A stretch of 27,966 nucleotides of DNA from a virus (taxonomy: Duplodnaviria; Caudoviricetes). The position numbers and the translations under genes are program-made. This document shows positions 16,301 to 24,927 of the stretch, piece by piece (within the stretch, counting starts at the first letter, position 1; each line of letters begins with the position of its first letter). The notes under the pieces are model-generated. The model ran no database searches and was not told where the DNA came from. It saw nothing but the letters and a program-made list of their open reading frames with translations. The DNA lies in IMG/VR virus record IMGVR_UViG_3300049137_000036, positions 1-27,966 of that record; one strand, 5' to 3'.

Positions 16301-16710
16301 CGTACATGATCGGCATCACGAATGCCGGCGTCGGCCACACGGCGGGAACGCTCAACGGCGTCAACGTCGAATCCAGGGGCGGCGACGGCGTCATCGTCGG
16401 CAAGCGGGCACGCTCCTACCTCGACCCGCTGTTCACCCACCGGTATGGCCTCAAGTACGACAACGGCGGGTGGCTCCAGCCAGGAGTCACCGCAGCGGTC
16501 AACGCAACCGGCCGCCCGGAAGCTGTCCTCACCGCGCGCCAGTGGGAGATCGCTGGAAGGGCCCTGTCCTCGAGTGGCGGCCTGCAGCCCGGCGCCAAGG
16601 TCCGGCTCGTGGTCCGCGACCGTGAATTCGAGGCGTACATGGAAGAAGTCGCCGACGGCCGCGTGGATTCTGCCCTGACAACAGTGCGCCGCGCTGCGCG
16701 GCACGGATAG
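13336..16710 (+). CDS. Tape measure protein with C-terminal NlpC/P60-like peptidase domain
   Basis: 1124 aa, Ala-rich; DTINEYGTQF..ADAIKEFSIR..ALFGTQAEDLG core; Trp-periodic amphipathic repeats; YQWGG..WDCSGFVS..GHT. Confidence 0.93.
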   Translation: MPNVGYATIQIIPSVRGISDELRRQLAGPAADAADRAGEESGSRFSDKWKAGLAAAGAAAGAVLVAATVSAVEKERVADRLAAQLGLSGKGAKQAGKVAGDLYSKAVVDSFEDGAAAVKAVMSSGLIPEKATTKSIEAITTKVADLANTFDQDLTGTANAAAQMIRTGLAKDGAQALDLLTTGFQSSADKAGDFVDTINEYGTQFRKAGLDGASAIGLLNQAIAAGARDADIAADAIKEFSIRAVDGTEGTADGFKALGLNADDMAKKFARGGSAANGVLDLTLDKLRGIKDPVKQSQAAVALFGTQAEDLGAALFAMDPSSAAAGLDKVGGAAKRVGDTIRGNTSTELKILQRQITGALGDLVTTVVLPALRGLNDALAWVGEAVAAVGRWFREWGAWLAPVAILIGGVTLALNAQAIATGLVTAVFSAYRAAILVGTAVTNGFAAAQALLNAVMALNPITLIVIALVALGAALVVAYNKSETFRSIVQAAWSGIQTAAQWAWQNVLKPALDGIVVAFQAVATAATWLWQNVLSPVFTFISTAAQILMTAVVVIALLPIIAIFKLLAATATWLWQTVLSPAFTAIGDLAVWLYSTVLKPAFDNMVAAIRLLGSVASWLWKNVFSPVFTWIGSKISQVWTGIIKPALDFLRIGLQVTGDKARWIWDKVFSPVFTWIGDKGKWLWDKALRPAFDNVKKGVEKVGKSFEDAKNFIGKAWSGVQDLAKKPVKFVIDKIYNAGIVPTWNLVAKAFGAPTIKPMSLKGWATGGVLPGYTPGRDVHLAALSGGEAVMRPEWTRAVGPGYVNSMNAAARHGGIKGVQRALGLPGFADGGIFGWVKGAASKGIDLAKSGVSWLKDGIKESAMAGLNSVVRPLIDKIAGSASMYRDMISGVPKRMLNAVFDFSGKADRKLEAAGVGGKGYKAGLSWARTQAGKKYQWGGNGNPSWDCSGFVSAIESVIRGQKPHRRWATGAFSGATAPGGWKLGARSPYMIGITNAGVGHTAGTLNGVNVESRGGDGVIVGKRARSYLDPLFTHRYGLKYDNGGWLQPGVTAAVNATGRPEAVLTARQWEIAGRALSSSGGLQPGAKVRLVVRDREFEAYMEEVADGRVDSALTTVRRAARHG

Positions 16711-16720
16711 GGGGTGCCGC

Positions 16721-17599
16721 ATGCCGATGATCGTGGATTTGGATGCGCCGCTGATCGAGCCGCCGGAGACGGTGACGTCTCCGGACGGCTGGTTCACGGC
16801 CGTGGTGGACGCCCTGTGGGCTGGCGTGGTGCTGGGCGTGGACTACACGGCTGGCAGTCCGTTGGCGGATGCGGCCGATGTCATGCGGGTGCGGATCGTG
16901 CGGCAGGATCCGGGCGCCTCGGCTGTTCCAGTCCGCAGCGCGGACACGGCGTGGGCGATCGAGGGCGTGGGCACTGCCTACGACCATGAGGCGCCGCTCG
17001 GGGTGGCGGTCGTCTACACGGCGACCGCGATCTACGCGGACGATACGGAGGGCCCGTCGTCGTCTCTGTCGATGACGGTGCCGGCTCCGGATCCTGGCCC
17101 ACGCGACGTGTGGATCAAGTCGGTGGATGAGCCGGGCTTGTCGGCCCGGGTGACGGTCCGGTCGTGGCCTGAACTGACGTGGGCTGCGCGGATCGAGCAG
17201 GCCAGTGCGGAGGGCAGCCGGTTCCCCATCGCGTCACAGGACGTGTATACGGCGGCTGCGTCGACGATCGTCCTCGACGCGGTCGGGTCGCAGATCGAAA
17301 CGCTGGAGCGGCTGCTTGCCACGCCGGGCGTGCGGCTGATCCAGACCCGGCCCGACTACCATCGAGCGGATCAGTTCGTGCTGTTCGGGGATGTGCAGCA
17401 GGTCATGGACAGCGTGCCGACGGAGTCGCGGTCATATCAGGCGTCGGTCATGCAGGTGGCCCGGCCGGACACGGAGGGCCAGCCGCTGCGCCTGCCTGCC
17501 TGGTCGTGGGATGCACTCGCGCAGCAGTTCGCGACGTGGGATGCGGTGGCGGCCTCATACCCGTCGTGGGCGTCGCTGTCGGTGAACGGAGCTCTGTAG
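16721..17599 (+). CDS. Minor tail protein (distal-tail position)
   Basis: First gene after the tape measure; YDHEAPLGVAVVYTA; C-terminal WSWDALAQQFATWDAV repeat. Confidence 0.72.
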   Translation: MPMIVDLDAPLIEPPETVTSPDGWFTAVVDALWAGVVLGVDYTAGSPLADAADVMRVRIVRQDPGASAVPVRSADTAWAIEGVGTAYDHEAPLGVAVVYTATAIYADDTEGPSSSLSMTVPAPDPGPRDVWIKSVDEPGLSARVTVRSWPELTWAARIEQASAEGSRFPIASQDVYTAAASTIVLDAVGSQIETLERLLATPGVRLIQTRPDYHRADQFVLFGDVQQVMDSVPTESRSYQASVMQVARPDTEGQPLRLPAWSWDALAQQFATWDAVAASYPSWASLSVNGAL

Positions 17600-18759
17600 T
17601 GCTCCCGATGCCAGCCGCTGCGCTCGCGGCGCTGACGGGGGCTTGCCGTCGGCCTTACCGGGCGGAGTGGTCGAACGACGGCGGCGTCACGTGGACGGCG
17701 TGCGGCCTGCTGGCCGGCTCGGCGCAGGTGCAGGCGTCACGCACCAGCGACACCCGCTACTCCGGGTCGGCGACGCTGACAGGCGTGCCCCTGGGGCGGG
17801 ACGGCATCAACCCGATCTCGACGAACGTGCGTCTGTGGCAGGGCATCACACCGCCCCGCCTCGACACGGTGTGGGTGCCTGCCGGCCGGTACACGGTGAA
17901 CCGGCCGCGGGAGACGAAGACCGGTATCAGTGTCGAGCTCGACGGGCTCGAGGACGAGATTCAGGCAGCGGCTTTCCCGGTGCCGCGGACGGTCGGCCCG
18001 GATTCGGCGCGCGCCCTTGTAGCGGTCCTCGTCGGCGAGGCGCTGCCGGGGGTGCCGATCGCATGGCGGGCTGGGGTGAACCCGGATACGACGGTGCCGC
18101 AGATCGTCGCCTCGGAGGACCGGTGGGCAGTCTTGGCGGGCGGCGCGGACAGTGCTGGATCGGAGACGGGTATCGCGGCGGCGTTGGCTGGTGAACTGTG
18201 GGTGGATGCCCGGGGGGTGGTGACGGTCGGGCCGGTGCCGACCCTGTCGGATCCGGTGGTGTGGCGTATCGGCCGCGGCGAGGGCGGGGCGCTGATCCTG
18301 CCGCAGCCCGAGCAGTCCGCCGAAGGGCTCGCGAACGTATGGGTCGTCTCCGGTGATGCCGGCGACGGGGCGCCCGCGGTCGGCCCGGTGTACGCCTGGG
18401 ACGACGACCCGAACTCGCTGACTTACGCGGGCCCGGACCCTGTCAACGATCCGCTGGCGCCGCAGCGCGAGGGCCTGGTGTGGGTGCGGGTGCGCACGGA
18501 GCGCTACTCGTCCGGGCTGATCACCACCGTGCACCAGGCGGAGGAGGTCGCGGCCGCCAAGCTGGCCGACAGCCTGGGCGTGCAGAACACCCTGTCGCTG
18601 ACCGCCGCCTGCAACCCGGCGCTGGAGCCGGGCGATGTGGTCGAGGTCGAGACGGCGGCGGGCGTGTGGGAGCGGCATCTCATTGACTCCCTGTCGTACA
18701 CGCTTGGCGCCCCGTCGATGTCCTGCTCGACTCGCACGACGACGAGGAGGGTCACATGA
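17599..18759 (+). CDS. Minor tail/baseplate hub protein (DUF5047-like)
   Basis: GTG overlaps the upstream TAG; WVPAGRY, LWVDARG, NPALEPGDVVEV motifs. Confidence 0.72.
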   Translation: MLPMPAAALAALTGACRRPYRAEWSNDGGVTWTACGLLAGSAQVQASRTSDTRYSGSATLTGVPLGRDGINPISTNVRLWQGITPPRLDTVWVPAGRYTVNRPRETKTGISVELDGLEDEIQAAAFPVPRTVGPDSARALVAVLVGEALPGVPIAWRAGVNPDTTVPQIVASEDRWAVLAGGADSAGSETGIAAALAGELWVDARGVVTVGPVPTLSDPVVWRIGRGEGGALILPQPEQSAEGLANVWVVSGDAGDGAPAVGPVYAWDDDPNSLTYAGPDPVNDPLAPQREGLVWVRVRTERYSSGLITTVHQAEEVAAAKLADSLGVQNTLSLTAACNPALEPGDVVEVETAAGVWERHLIDSLSYTLGAPSMSCSTRTTTRRVT

Positions 18760-19682
18760 CCTCGGCAGCTGACCAGCTGGGCAAGCAGCTACACCAGGCT
18801 GGCCGCCAGGACACGGCATCGGTCACCGCCCAGGTCGTCGATGTCACCGAGACCGGCGTCAACTTGGACTATCAGGGGGCGCTGCTGATTGATGTGGCCT
18901 GCCCGGACTCGTACCGGAACCGGCAGGCCGGGGACTGGGTGGCCGTGCGGCCGGGCACGGTGCCGGTGGTGCTGTGGCGCCTCGGCGCCGACCCGGGCGA
19001 CACCTCCGACGAGCACATTCAGGAGATTGCCGAGAACGCCGCGGCCGACATGCAGGTGGTGCGGGCGTTCACCTGGGGTACCGCCGCACCGGCCGGAACC
19101 GGATGGCAGACCGGCACCACCGTCCACGCCCGGAAGAACGCGCAGGGCAAGGTCGAGGTGTACGTGCAGCTGGCGAGCGTCACCGATCCGTCGCCTACCG
19201 CCCCGGGCGAGCGGGCCCCGTCCCCGGTCACGGTCAGCCCGACGGACTCGGGCACGTGGCGCAACAGCCGCCCGGACGACTATTCGTCGGCTCCTACCCA
19301 GGGCGACTGGACCGGCAGAGGCAACCGCCGCGGCGGCTGGTTCTACGGCTCCGCCATCCAGAACGCATGCGCCGGTAAGACCGTCGCTTCGATGACGGCC
19401 ACGTTCACGCGCAAGACCGGGGCCGGCGTGAACGCCAAACGGCCCATGCACCTGTACCTGCATGCGCACTCGAGCGCCCCGTCCGGGCAGCTCACCTTGG
19501 GCGACGGGCCCATCGACAACCTGCGGCTCTCGGCCGGCGCCCGCGGTTCGATCACCCTGCCGGACTCGTGGCAGTCGCAGCTCGCGTCCGGCGCCGCGAA
19601 AGGCCTCGCGATCTACGCGAACGGCTCCACCGACTACGCCTCCTTCACTGGCGGCTCCATCCGCATCACCTTCACCACCTGA
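18756..19682 (+). CDS. Minor tail protein
   Basis: GGAGG RBS with ATGA coupling; OB-like N-terminus then a beta-rich domain (QGDW..RGGWFYG). Confidence 0.68.
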   Translation: MTSAADQLGKQLHQAGRQDTASVTAQVVDVTETGVNLDYQGALLIDVACPDSYRNRQAGDWVAVRPGTVPVVLWRLGADPGDTSDEHIQEIAENAAADMQVVRAFTWGTAAPAGTGWQTGTTVHARKNAQGKVEVYVQLASVTDPSPTAPGERAPSPVTVSPTDSGTWRNSRPDDYSSAPTQGDWTGRGNRRGGWFYGSAIQNACAGKTVASMTATFTRKTGAGVNAKRPMHLYLHAHSSAPSGQLTLGDGPIDNLRLSAGARGSITLPDSWQSQLASGAAKGLAIYANGSTDYASFTGGSIRITFTT

Positions 19683-19695
19683 TAGGGGGCCCATC

Positions 19696-20313
19696 TTGGC
19701 GACCATCGGATACGCCGAACTTCCCGTCCCGGGCGGAGGGGACGCGCCTGTCGGGCCCGGCAACCTGGCCGACCTTGCGACGGCGATCGACCCGCACCTG
19801 TGGCAGCACGCCGACGACCAGGCCGACCGGGACAGCCTGTACTCCAGCGCCCCGGTGCAGACCGTCGTCGTCGCCCTCGACGGCACCGTATGGGTCAAGG
19901 TGTCGACAGCGAACACCTGGATCACCGTGTGGGAGCCGGAGCCCGCGTGGCGCACCCTGTCGCTGAACGCCAGCTTCGAGGCGGGGGCGATAATCCCGGA
20001 GATCCGCCGTAAGGGCAATCAAGTCTTCCTGCGGGGCCGGGCCGAACGGGTCGACGGGCAGGTCATCGTCGGCACCAACGGCATCGAGATCGCGACCGTA
20101 CCCGACGACTGCAAGCCCGCCCAGCAGGCCACGTCACCCGCCTTCTACTCCCTGACCGGCAGCCCGGTGATCGGCGCCGGACGGAACGAGATCTACAGCA
20201 ACAGCGACCCCAACCCGGCCAAGCTGTACTTCTTCTCCCAGGACGGCGCCCAAGACGGCGGCACCGTCGGCTGCGTGTGGGTGGACCTGTCCGGCTCCTA
20301 CTGGATCGACTGA
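19696..20313 (+). CDS. Minor tail/fibre-associated protein
   Basis: AGGGGG RBS with TTG start; LPVPGGGDAP..LATAID; IRRKGNQVFLRG..IATVPDDCKP C-terminal tail-fibre-like motif. Confidence 0.65.
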   Translation: MATIGYAELPVPGGGDAPVGPGNLADLATAIDPHLWQHADDQADRDSLYSSAPVQTVVVALDGTVWVKVSTANTWITVWEPEPAWRTLSLNASFEAGAIIPEIRRKGNQVFLRGRAERVDGQVIVGTNGIEIATVPDDCKPAQQATSPAFYSLTGSPVIGAGRNEIYSNSDPNPAKLYFFSQDGAQDGGTVGCVWVDLSGSYWID

Positions 20314-20322
20314 GGGGACGGC

Positions 20323-22332
20323 GTGGCTCTCTACACCTTCGGCGGCAACCCTGCCGCAGTCCTCACCACCGCCACAGGCGACGTGGTGCCCGACTATCCG
20401 GTGCAGGTCAAGGTCGCCGGCACTGGCGCCACGGTGACCGCCCTCTTCGAGGAGGACGGCACCACCCCGATCTCCGAACTCCGCTCCAACGGCGCCGCGT
20501 CGTCGCAGCCGGGCGCGATCCGCACGTTCAAGGCGCAGGACGTGCAGCAGATCTACTACGAATACCTCGACGCCAGCAGCCAGCCGGTCCGCTGGTACGA
20601 GACCGGGCGCGAGGTCGCCATCTCCGCCCTGCAGGCAGCGCAGACCGCGCAGACCGACCTGGCTGGGAAGTTGGACAAGACCGGCGGCACGGTGGCCGGG
20701 GCGCTCACCGTCACCGGTTTCACCACGCACCAGGCGGGCGCCTCGTTCGCTGGCGACGTGGCCTTCGCCGGGGCGGTCACCGGTGTGCCGAGCGTGGAGG
20801 AGATGCGCTGGCACAACGTGCTCAGTTACGGCGCCACCGGTGACGGGACGACGGACGACACGGCTGGCATCCAAGCCGCCCTCGATGCCGCGTACACCGC
20901 AGGCGGCGGCACGGTCGTCTTCCCGGCGGGCAAGACGTACTGCGTGACGACATTCCTGGTGTGCAGGTCGAACACCACGGTCATCGCCCACGGGGCCCGC
21001 ATCAAGTCGATCTACGCAACGCGGGGCGTGTTCAGGAACTTCTTCCCCGAGGACTCGGTCAGCGCCTACGCCGGATACTCCAACATCCGCGTCTACGGCG
21101 GCACGTGGGATGGCAACGCGTTCAAGTCCAGCGACAGCAGCGGCGTGGTCACGGGCACGACGAACATCATGACGTTCATTCACTGCTCGAACATCATCGT
21201 CAAGGACGCCGTCTTCCTGGACTGCTCAGGCGCTCACGCTCTCGAGCTCAACGCAGTTTCCGGCGCGCGGATCGAGGCCTGCCGCTTCGAAGGATTCGTC
21301 GACAACACCGTCGACCAGTCGCGGCTCACATCCGAGGCGATCCAGATCGACATCGCCAAGTCGGGCAGCAGTGCGATCGGCGCGTTCGACAACACCGCCT
21401 GCCGAGACGTATCCGTCGTCGCCTGCTACTTCGGCCCATCCGCCCGTCTCGGGCAGTGGGGCCGCGCGGTAGGCACGCACGCCATCGCCGCCGGGTCGTA
21501 CTACGACCGGATCACCGTCCGCGACTGTGAGGTCGTCGGCGCGAACGATGTCGGGATCAGGGCCTCCTACTGGCGGAACAGCCTCATCACCGGCAACAAG
21601 ATCGTGAACACCGGCGAGTCGGGCATCTACGCCACCACCGACGGCACCGCCGCGCAGGCCTGCAACGGACTCGTCATTTCCGACAACATCGTCGACAACG
21701 CGCAGAACGATGCCGGCATCCGAATCGTCGGACTCGTGAACGCCGTGTGGAACGACGTGGTCATTCGCGGCAACGTCGTTCGCCTCGCCGACGGGTACGG
21801 CATCCGCGCCGACTACTGCCCCAGCGTCATCATCGCCGCCAACCGCATCTCCGACCCGGTCGGCGGCGGCATGCTCGCCCAGGAGTGCAACCGAGCCACG
21901 GTCACCGGCAACGTCATCAGCTCGGCCGGCTCGAACGGCATCAACATCGCCGGCTGCGCGTATGGCATCGTCGAAGGCAACCTGATCGACGGCACGGACG
22001 CCAACCACGGGATCACCGTCGGCGCGGCAACATCCGCTGGCGGGAACGTCGTCGTCGAGGGCAACCAGATCCGTGCCGCGGCGAACGCAGCCCTGCGCAT
22101 CGCGACCACCGGCTGTTTCCTCACCAGCAACCAAGTCCGCAAGGACGCTGCGGGCGGCGGCGTGACCGTGAACGGCGTCAGCCTCGCAGCGGGGGCGACG
22201 GGCTGTGTCATCGCGGGCAACGACCTGTCGGGCAACGCGTGGGCGGCCGGAACGGCGCTGTCGCTGTCGACAGCAGCCCCCAAGACGGACTTCGCGGGCG
22301 GTACCACCAGCCCCGGCCACAACCTCATCTAG
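20323..22332 (+). CDS. Tailspike/receptor-binding protein with pectate-lyase-like right-handed beta helix
   Basis: NVLSYGATGDGTTDDTAGIQAALDAA..GGTVVFPAG cap motif and many I/V-x-G-N-x-I repeats. Confidence 0.85.
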   Translation: MALYTFGGNPAAVLTTATGDVVPDYPVQVKVAGTGATVTALFEEDGTTPISELRSNGAASSQPGAIRTFKAQDVQQIYYEYLDASSQPVRWYETGREVAISALQAAQTAQTDLAGKLDKTGGTVAGALTVTGFTTHQAGASFAGDVAFAGAVTGVPSVEEMRWHNVLSYGATGDGTTDDTAGIQAALDAAYTAGGGTVVFPAGKTYCVTTFLVCRSNTTVIAHGARIKSIYATRGVFRNFFPEDSVSAYAGYSNIRVYGGTWDGNAFKSSDSSGVVTGTTNIMTFIHCSNIIVKDAVFLDCSGAHALELNAVSGARIEACRFEGFVDNTVDQSRLTSEAIQIDIAKSGSSAIGAFDNTACRDVSVVACYFGPSARLGQWGRAVGTHAIAAGSYYDRITVRDCEVVGANDVGIRASYWRNSLITGNKIVNTGESGIYATTDGTAAQACNGLVISDNIVDNAQNDAGIRIVGLVNAVWNDVVIRGNVVRLADGYGIRADYCPSVIIAANRISDPVGGGMLAQECNRATVTGNVISSAGSNGINIAGCAYGIVEGNLIDGTDANHGITVGAATSAGGNVVVEGNQIRAAANAALRIATTGCFLTSNQVRKDAAGGGVTVNGVSLAAGATGCVIAGNDLSGNAWAAGTALSLSTAAPKTDFAGGTTSPGHNLI

Positions 22333-22341
22333 AAGGACTTC

Positions 22342-22608
22342 ATGCCGCTCACCCAACCCACGTATGCCAGCCCGTCCGACCAGTGCACGGTCATGGTGCA
22401 GTCCGTCGATGCCGGATTCGCCACCGGGCTCACGCTCACCGCCGCGCAGGTCGCGGCCTGGTCCGACCAGGACCTCGAGGACAAGGTCACCGCACTGAAG
22501 ACGGCGATGGCCGCCTTCCTCGCGCCCGGCCAGGACATTCAGGTCAACGTCTCCTGGCGCCGCTCTGCCTCCGAGTCCGTCATCCACACCGCCGAGACGG
22601 TCAGCTAG
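22342..22608 (+). CDS. Hypothetical protein
   Basis: AAGGA RBS; tightly packed between tailspike and endolysin. Confidence 0.65.
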   Translation: MPLTQPTYASPSDQCTVMVQSVDAGFATGLTLTAAQVAAWSDQDLEDKVTALKTAMAAFLAPGQDIQVNVSWRRSASESVIHTAETVS

Positions 22609-22620
22609 CAAGGAGCATCC

Positions 22621-23472
22621 ATGAAGCTCGTCACCCGCGCCCAGTGGGGGGCTCGTAACTACCGGCTCCCGTCCGGGGCCACCCTCTACGGGGGGAGCCG
22701 CCGCCGCGGGGTGAAGCTCCACTACCTCGGGAGCGCGTACAGCGACCGCACCCACGACAAGTGCGACGACTACGTCCGCTCGCTGCAGGCCTCCCACATG
22801 GATGGCAACGGCTGGTCGGACATCGGCTATTCGTTCGTCGTCTGCACCCACGGCTACGTGTACGAGGGCCGTGGCCTGCGCCGCCGCAACAGCGCCAACG
22901 GGAACACGACCCTCAACGAGCAGGACTATGCGGTCTGCCTGCTCGTCGGCTCTTCCGGGCTGACGCAGCCCACCGACGCCCAGCTCCACGGCGCGCGTGA
23001 CGCCATCGACTACTGCCGCAGTGAAGGCCCGGCCGGCACATGGGTCGGCGGTCACCGCGACGGCTTCGCCACCAGCTGCCCCGGCGACCCCATCTACGTG
23101 TGGGCGAAGAAGGGCGCACCTCGCCCCACCACCACCAGCGCCCCTGCACAGGAAGACGAGGACCCGATGGCCGGCATGACGAAGGACGACATCTACAACG
23201 CGGTCTGGCGGCTCGACAAGATGACCCCGCCGACCGGGACGGAGACGAAGGACAACCCGACCTGGGCTGCCGAGTCCGTGCTCCGTGACGCGGCGAACCA
23301 GGCGAGGGCGCTCCGTGCGACGGTCACCGCGCAGGGCGCCGCGATCGAAAAGCTCGCCGGACTCGTCGGCCAGGACAGCGGCAGCACAGCCGAAGTCGTC
23401 AGCGCCGTACAGAAGGCCATCCGCGACGCCGTCATCCAGGTCGACGTCGACATCACCGGCACCACCACCTGA
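22621..23472 (+). CDS. Endolysin, N-acetylmuramoyl-L-alanine amidase (Amidase_2/PGRP-like)
   Basis: VTRAQWGAR, KLHY, GWSDIGYSF, VYEGRG, GHRDGFATSCPG motifs; AAGGAG RBS. Confidence 0.92.
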   Translation: MKLVTRAQWGARNYRLPSGATLYGGSRRRGVKLHYLGSAYSDRTHDKCDDYVRSLQASHMDGNGWSDIGYSFVVCTHGYVYEGRGLRRRNSANGNTTLNEQDYAVCLLVGSSGLTQPTDAQLHGARDAIDYCRSEGPAGTWVGGHRDGFATSCPGDPIYVWAKKGAPRPTTTSAPAQEDEDPMAGMTKDDIYNAVWRLDKMTPPTGTETKDNPTWAAESVLRDAANQARALRATVTAQGAAIEKLAGLVGQDSGSTAEVVSAVQKAIRDAVIQVDVDITGTTT

Positions 23473-23491
23473 CGCATAGAACGGAGAACCC

Positions 23492-23719
23492 ATGTCCAAG
23501 GCCCCCGTAGAGAAGAAGGTCACCTGGGCCAGCGTCGGCGCCTACCTCGGTAGCACCGGCCTGCTCGCCATCCTCACCGCCGTGCAGGGCGATGCGGGCC
23601 TCGTCGCCCCGCTGCCCGACCCGGCCGAACCCTTCGCCCTCGCCCTCATCCCGGCCGCGATCACGTTCGCCGCCGGCTGGGCCGCAAAGCACACCCCTCG
23701 GCGCCCGACAAGCGTCTGA
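23492..23719 (+). CDS. Holin
   Basis: 75 aa, two hydrophobic segments, APVEKKV...AGWAAKHTPR; follows the endolysin. Confidence 0.8.
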   Translation: MSKAPVEKKVTWASVGAYLGSTGLLAILTAVQGDAGLVAPLPDPAEPFALALIPAAITFAAGWAAKHTPRRPTSV

Positions 23720-23737
23720 TGAACGGAGCGCCACCTG

Positions 23738-24031
23738 ATGGTTGATGAGCCGACCCCCGGGGAAATGGTCCGACGCCTTGAGGATCGGCTCGCCGACGTC
23801 CGGGACGACATCCAGCAGATCGGCCGCCGCCTGGACGAGAAGGTCGACCAGAAGGTCTACGACCTGCGGCACGAGGCGCTCACCTCCCGGGTCGGCACCC
23901 TGGAAACCCTGCGCGAGAAGGATGCCGAAAAGCTCGTCGCCACCCGCCGCTGGCTCATCGGCGCCGTCGTCATCCCCCTGCTGTCCGTGCTGATGCCCGT
24001 CATCATCCTGCTCTCGAAAGGGGCGTCATGA
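23738..24031 (+). CDS. Lysis-cassette membrane protein (coiled coil plus C-terminal TM helix)
   Basis: Heptad-like charged N-terminus; RRWLIGAVVIPLLSVLMPVIILL. Confidence 0.72.
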   Translation: MVDEPTPGEMVRRLEDRLADVRDDIQQIGRRLDEKVDQKVYDLRHEALTSRVGTLETLREKDAEKLVATRRWLIGAVVIPLLSVLMPVIILLSKGAS

Positions 24032-24678
24032 GCCGTATCCAGCTGCGCGCAGAAGAACGAAGGTGGCGACGTGGCGATGCCCTGGTCCTCGCCATCGCCA
24101 TCGTCGTCGGCTGCGCCCTGGCCTGGATCGTGCTCAGCATCCAAAGCCTGGCGATGGAGCTCCGCACCGCAAACGAGGCACGGGATGCGCTCGCCAGCCA
24201 AGTGGAGCAGCTCGGCGAGTCCCCGGTAGCCGGCCCGCCCGGCAGCCGGGGGCAACCCGGGAAAGGGAAGCCCGGCCCGTCTGGTCCGCCTGGGCCACCA
24301 GGTCCCGCGTCGACCGTCGCAGGGCCGTCTGGCCCGCCGGGAAAGCCGGCTCCCACCATCACGCCGAAACCCGGCCCGCCCGGTGCCTCCGGTGCACCTG
24401 GCGCCCCTGGCGCTACGGTGACCGGCCCGCCCGGCGAGGCGGTCACGGGGCCGCCGGGAGCCCCTGGCAAGGACGGCCGGGACGGAGCCGACGGGAAAGA
24501 CGGCCGGGACGGTAAGGACGGGCAGACCTGCCCGGATGGGTACAGCTTGCAACCGCCGCCTGGTGATCCCGATGCACTCGTCTGCCGACGGGCTGGCGCC
24601 ACCGACCAACCGCCGGCGGAGCAGGGGCTCCTCGGGCTGGGGGCTCTCGCCGCGACCGTCGCGTACAGGAGGTTGTGA
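24028..24678 (+). CDS. Membrane-anchored collagen-like protein
   Basis: N-terminal TM helix, short coiled coil, G-X-Y runs (GPPG, GKDGRDG), CPDGY..ALVC, hydrophobic C-terminus. Confidence 0.8.
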   Translation: MSRIQLRAEERRWRRGDALVLAIAIVVGCALAWIVLSIQSLAMELRTANEARDALASQVEQLGESPVAGPPGSRGQPGKGKPGPSGPPGPPGPASTVAGPSGPPGKPAPTITPKPGPPGASGAPGAPGATVTGPPGEAVTGPPGAPGKDGRDGADGKDGRDGKDGQTCPDGYSLQPPPGDPDALVCRRAGATDQPPAEQGLLGLGALAATVAYRRL

Positions 24679-24857
24679 TGACTGACTATGTGTCGCCGAC
24701 TGCGCGGCCGGCGAGGCGGAGGGTCGACGAGACCGCCGCGGATGTGGGGACGCTCGCAGATATGGGCGTCGTCGAGGAGCCGACCCCGCCCGTGCCGTCC
24801 ATTGCCCCGTTCCTCGAGCCCAGCTTTCCGCCGCCCGAGCCGGAGGATCCTTCCTGA
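24678..24857 (+). CDS. Small Pro/acidic hypothetical protein
   Basis: AGGAGG RBS (24667-24672); ATG overlaps the upstream TGA. Confidence 0.6.
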   Translation: MTDYVSPTARPARRRVDETAADVGTLADMGVVEEPTPPVPSIAPFLEPSFPPPEPEDPS

Positions 24858-24864
24858 CGAACTC

Positions 24865-24907
24865 GCGCCCCCTGTCCTGGCCTACGCGGCCGGGCAGGGG
24901 GCGCTTT
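24865..24907 (+). terminator. End-of-late-operon terminator
   Basis: GCGCCCCCTGTCC...GGGCAGGGGGCGC long stem followed by TTTGCT. Confidence 0.72.
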
Positions 24908-24927
24908 GCTCTGTCTAGGCTGGCGCC

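Noticed and set aside
21226-23523. 765-aa minus-strand ORF, and similar long antisense ORFs (14224-15774, 7200-8495, 18789-20018)
   Set aside because: Shadow frames of well-supported + strand genes. Long stop-free antisense frames are expected in high-GC3 DNA, and they show no motifs.
24230-24525. GGCCCGCCC and GACGG repeats as a tandem DNA repeat element
   Set aside because: Explained by collagen G-X-Y coding.
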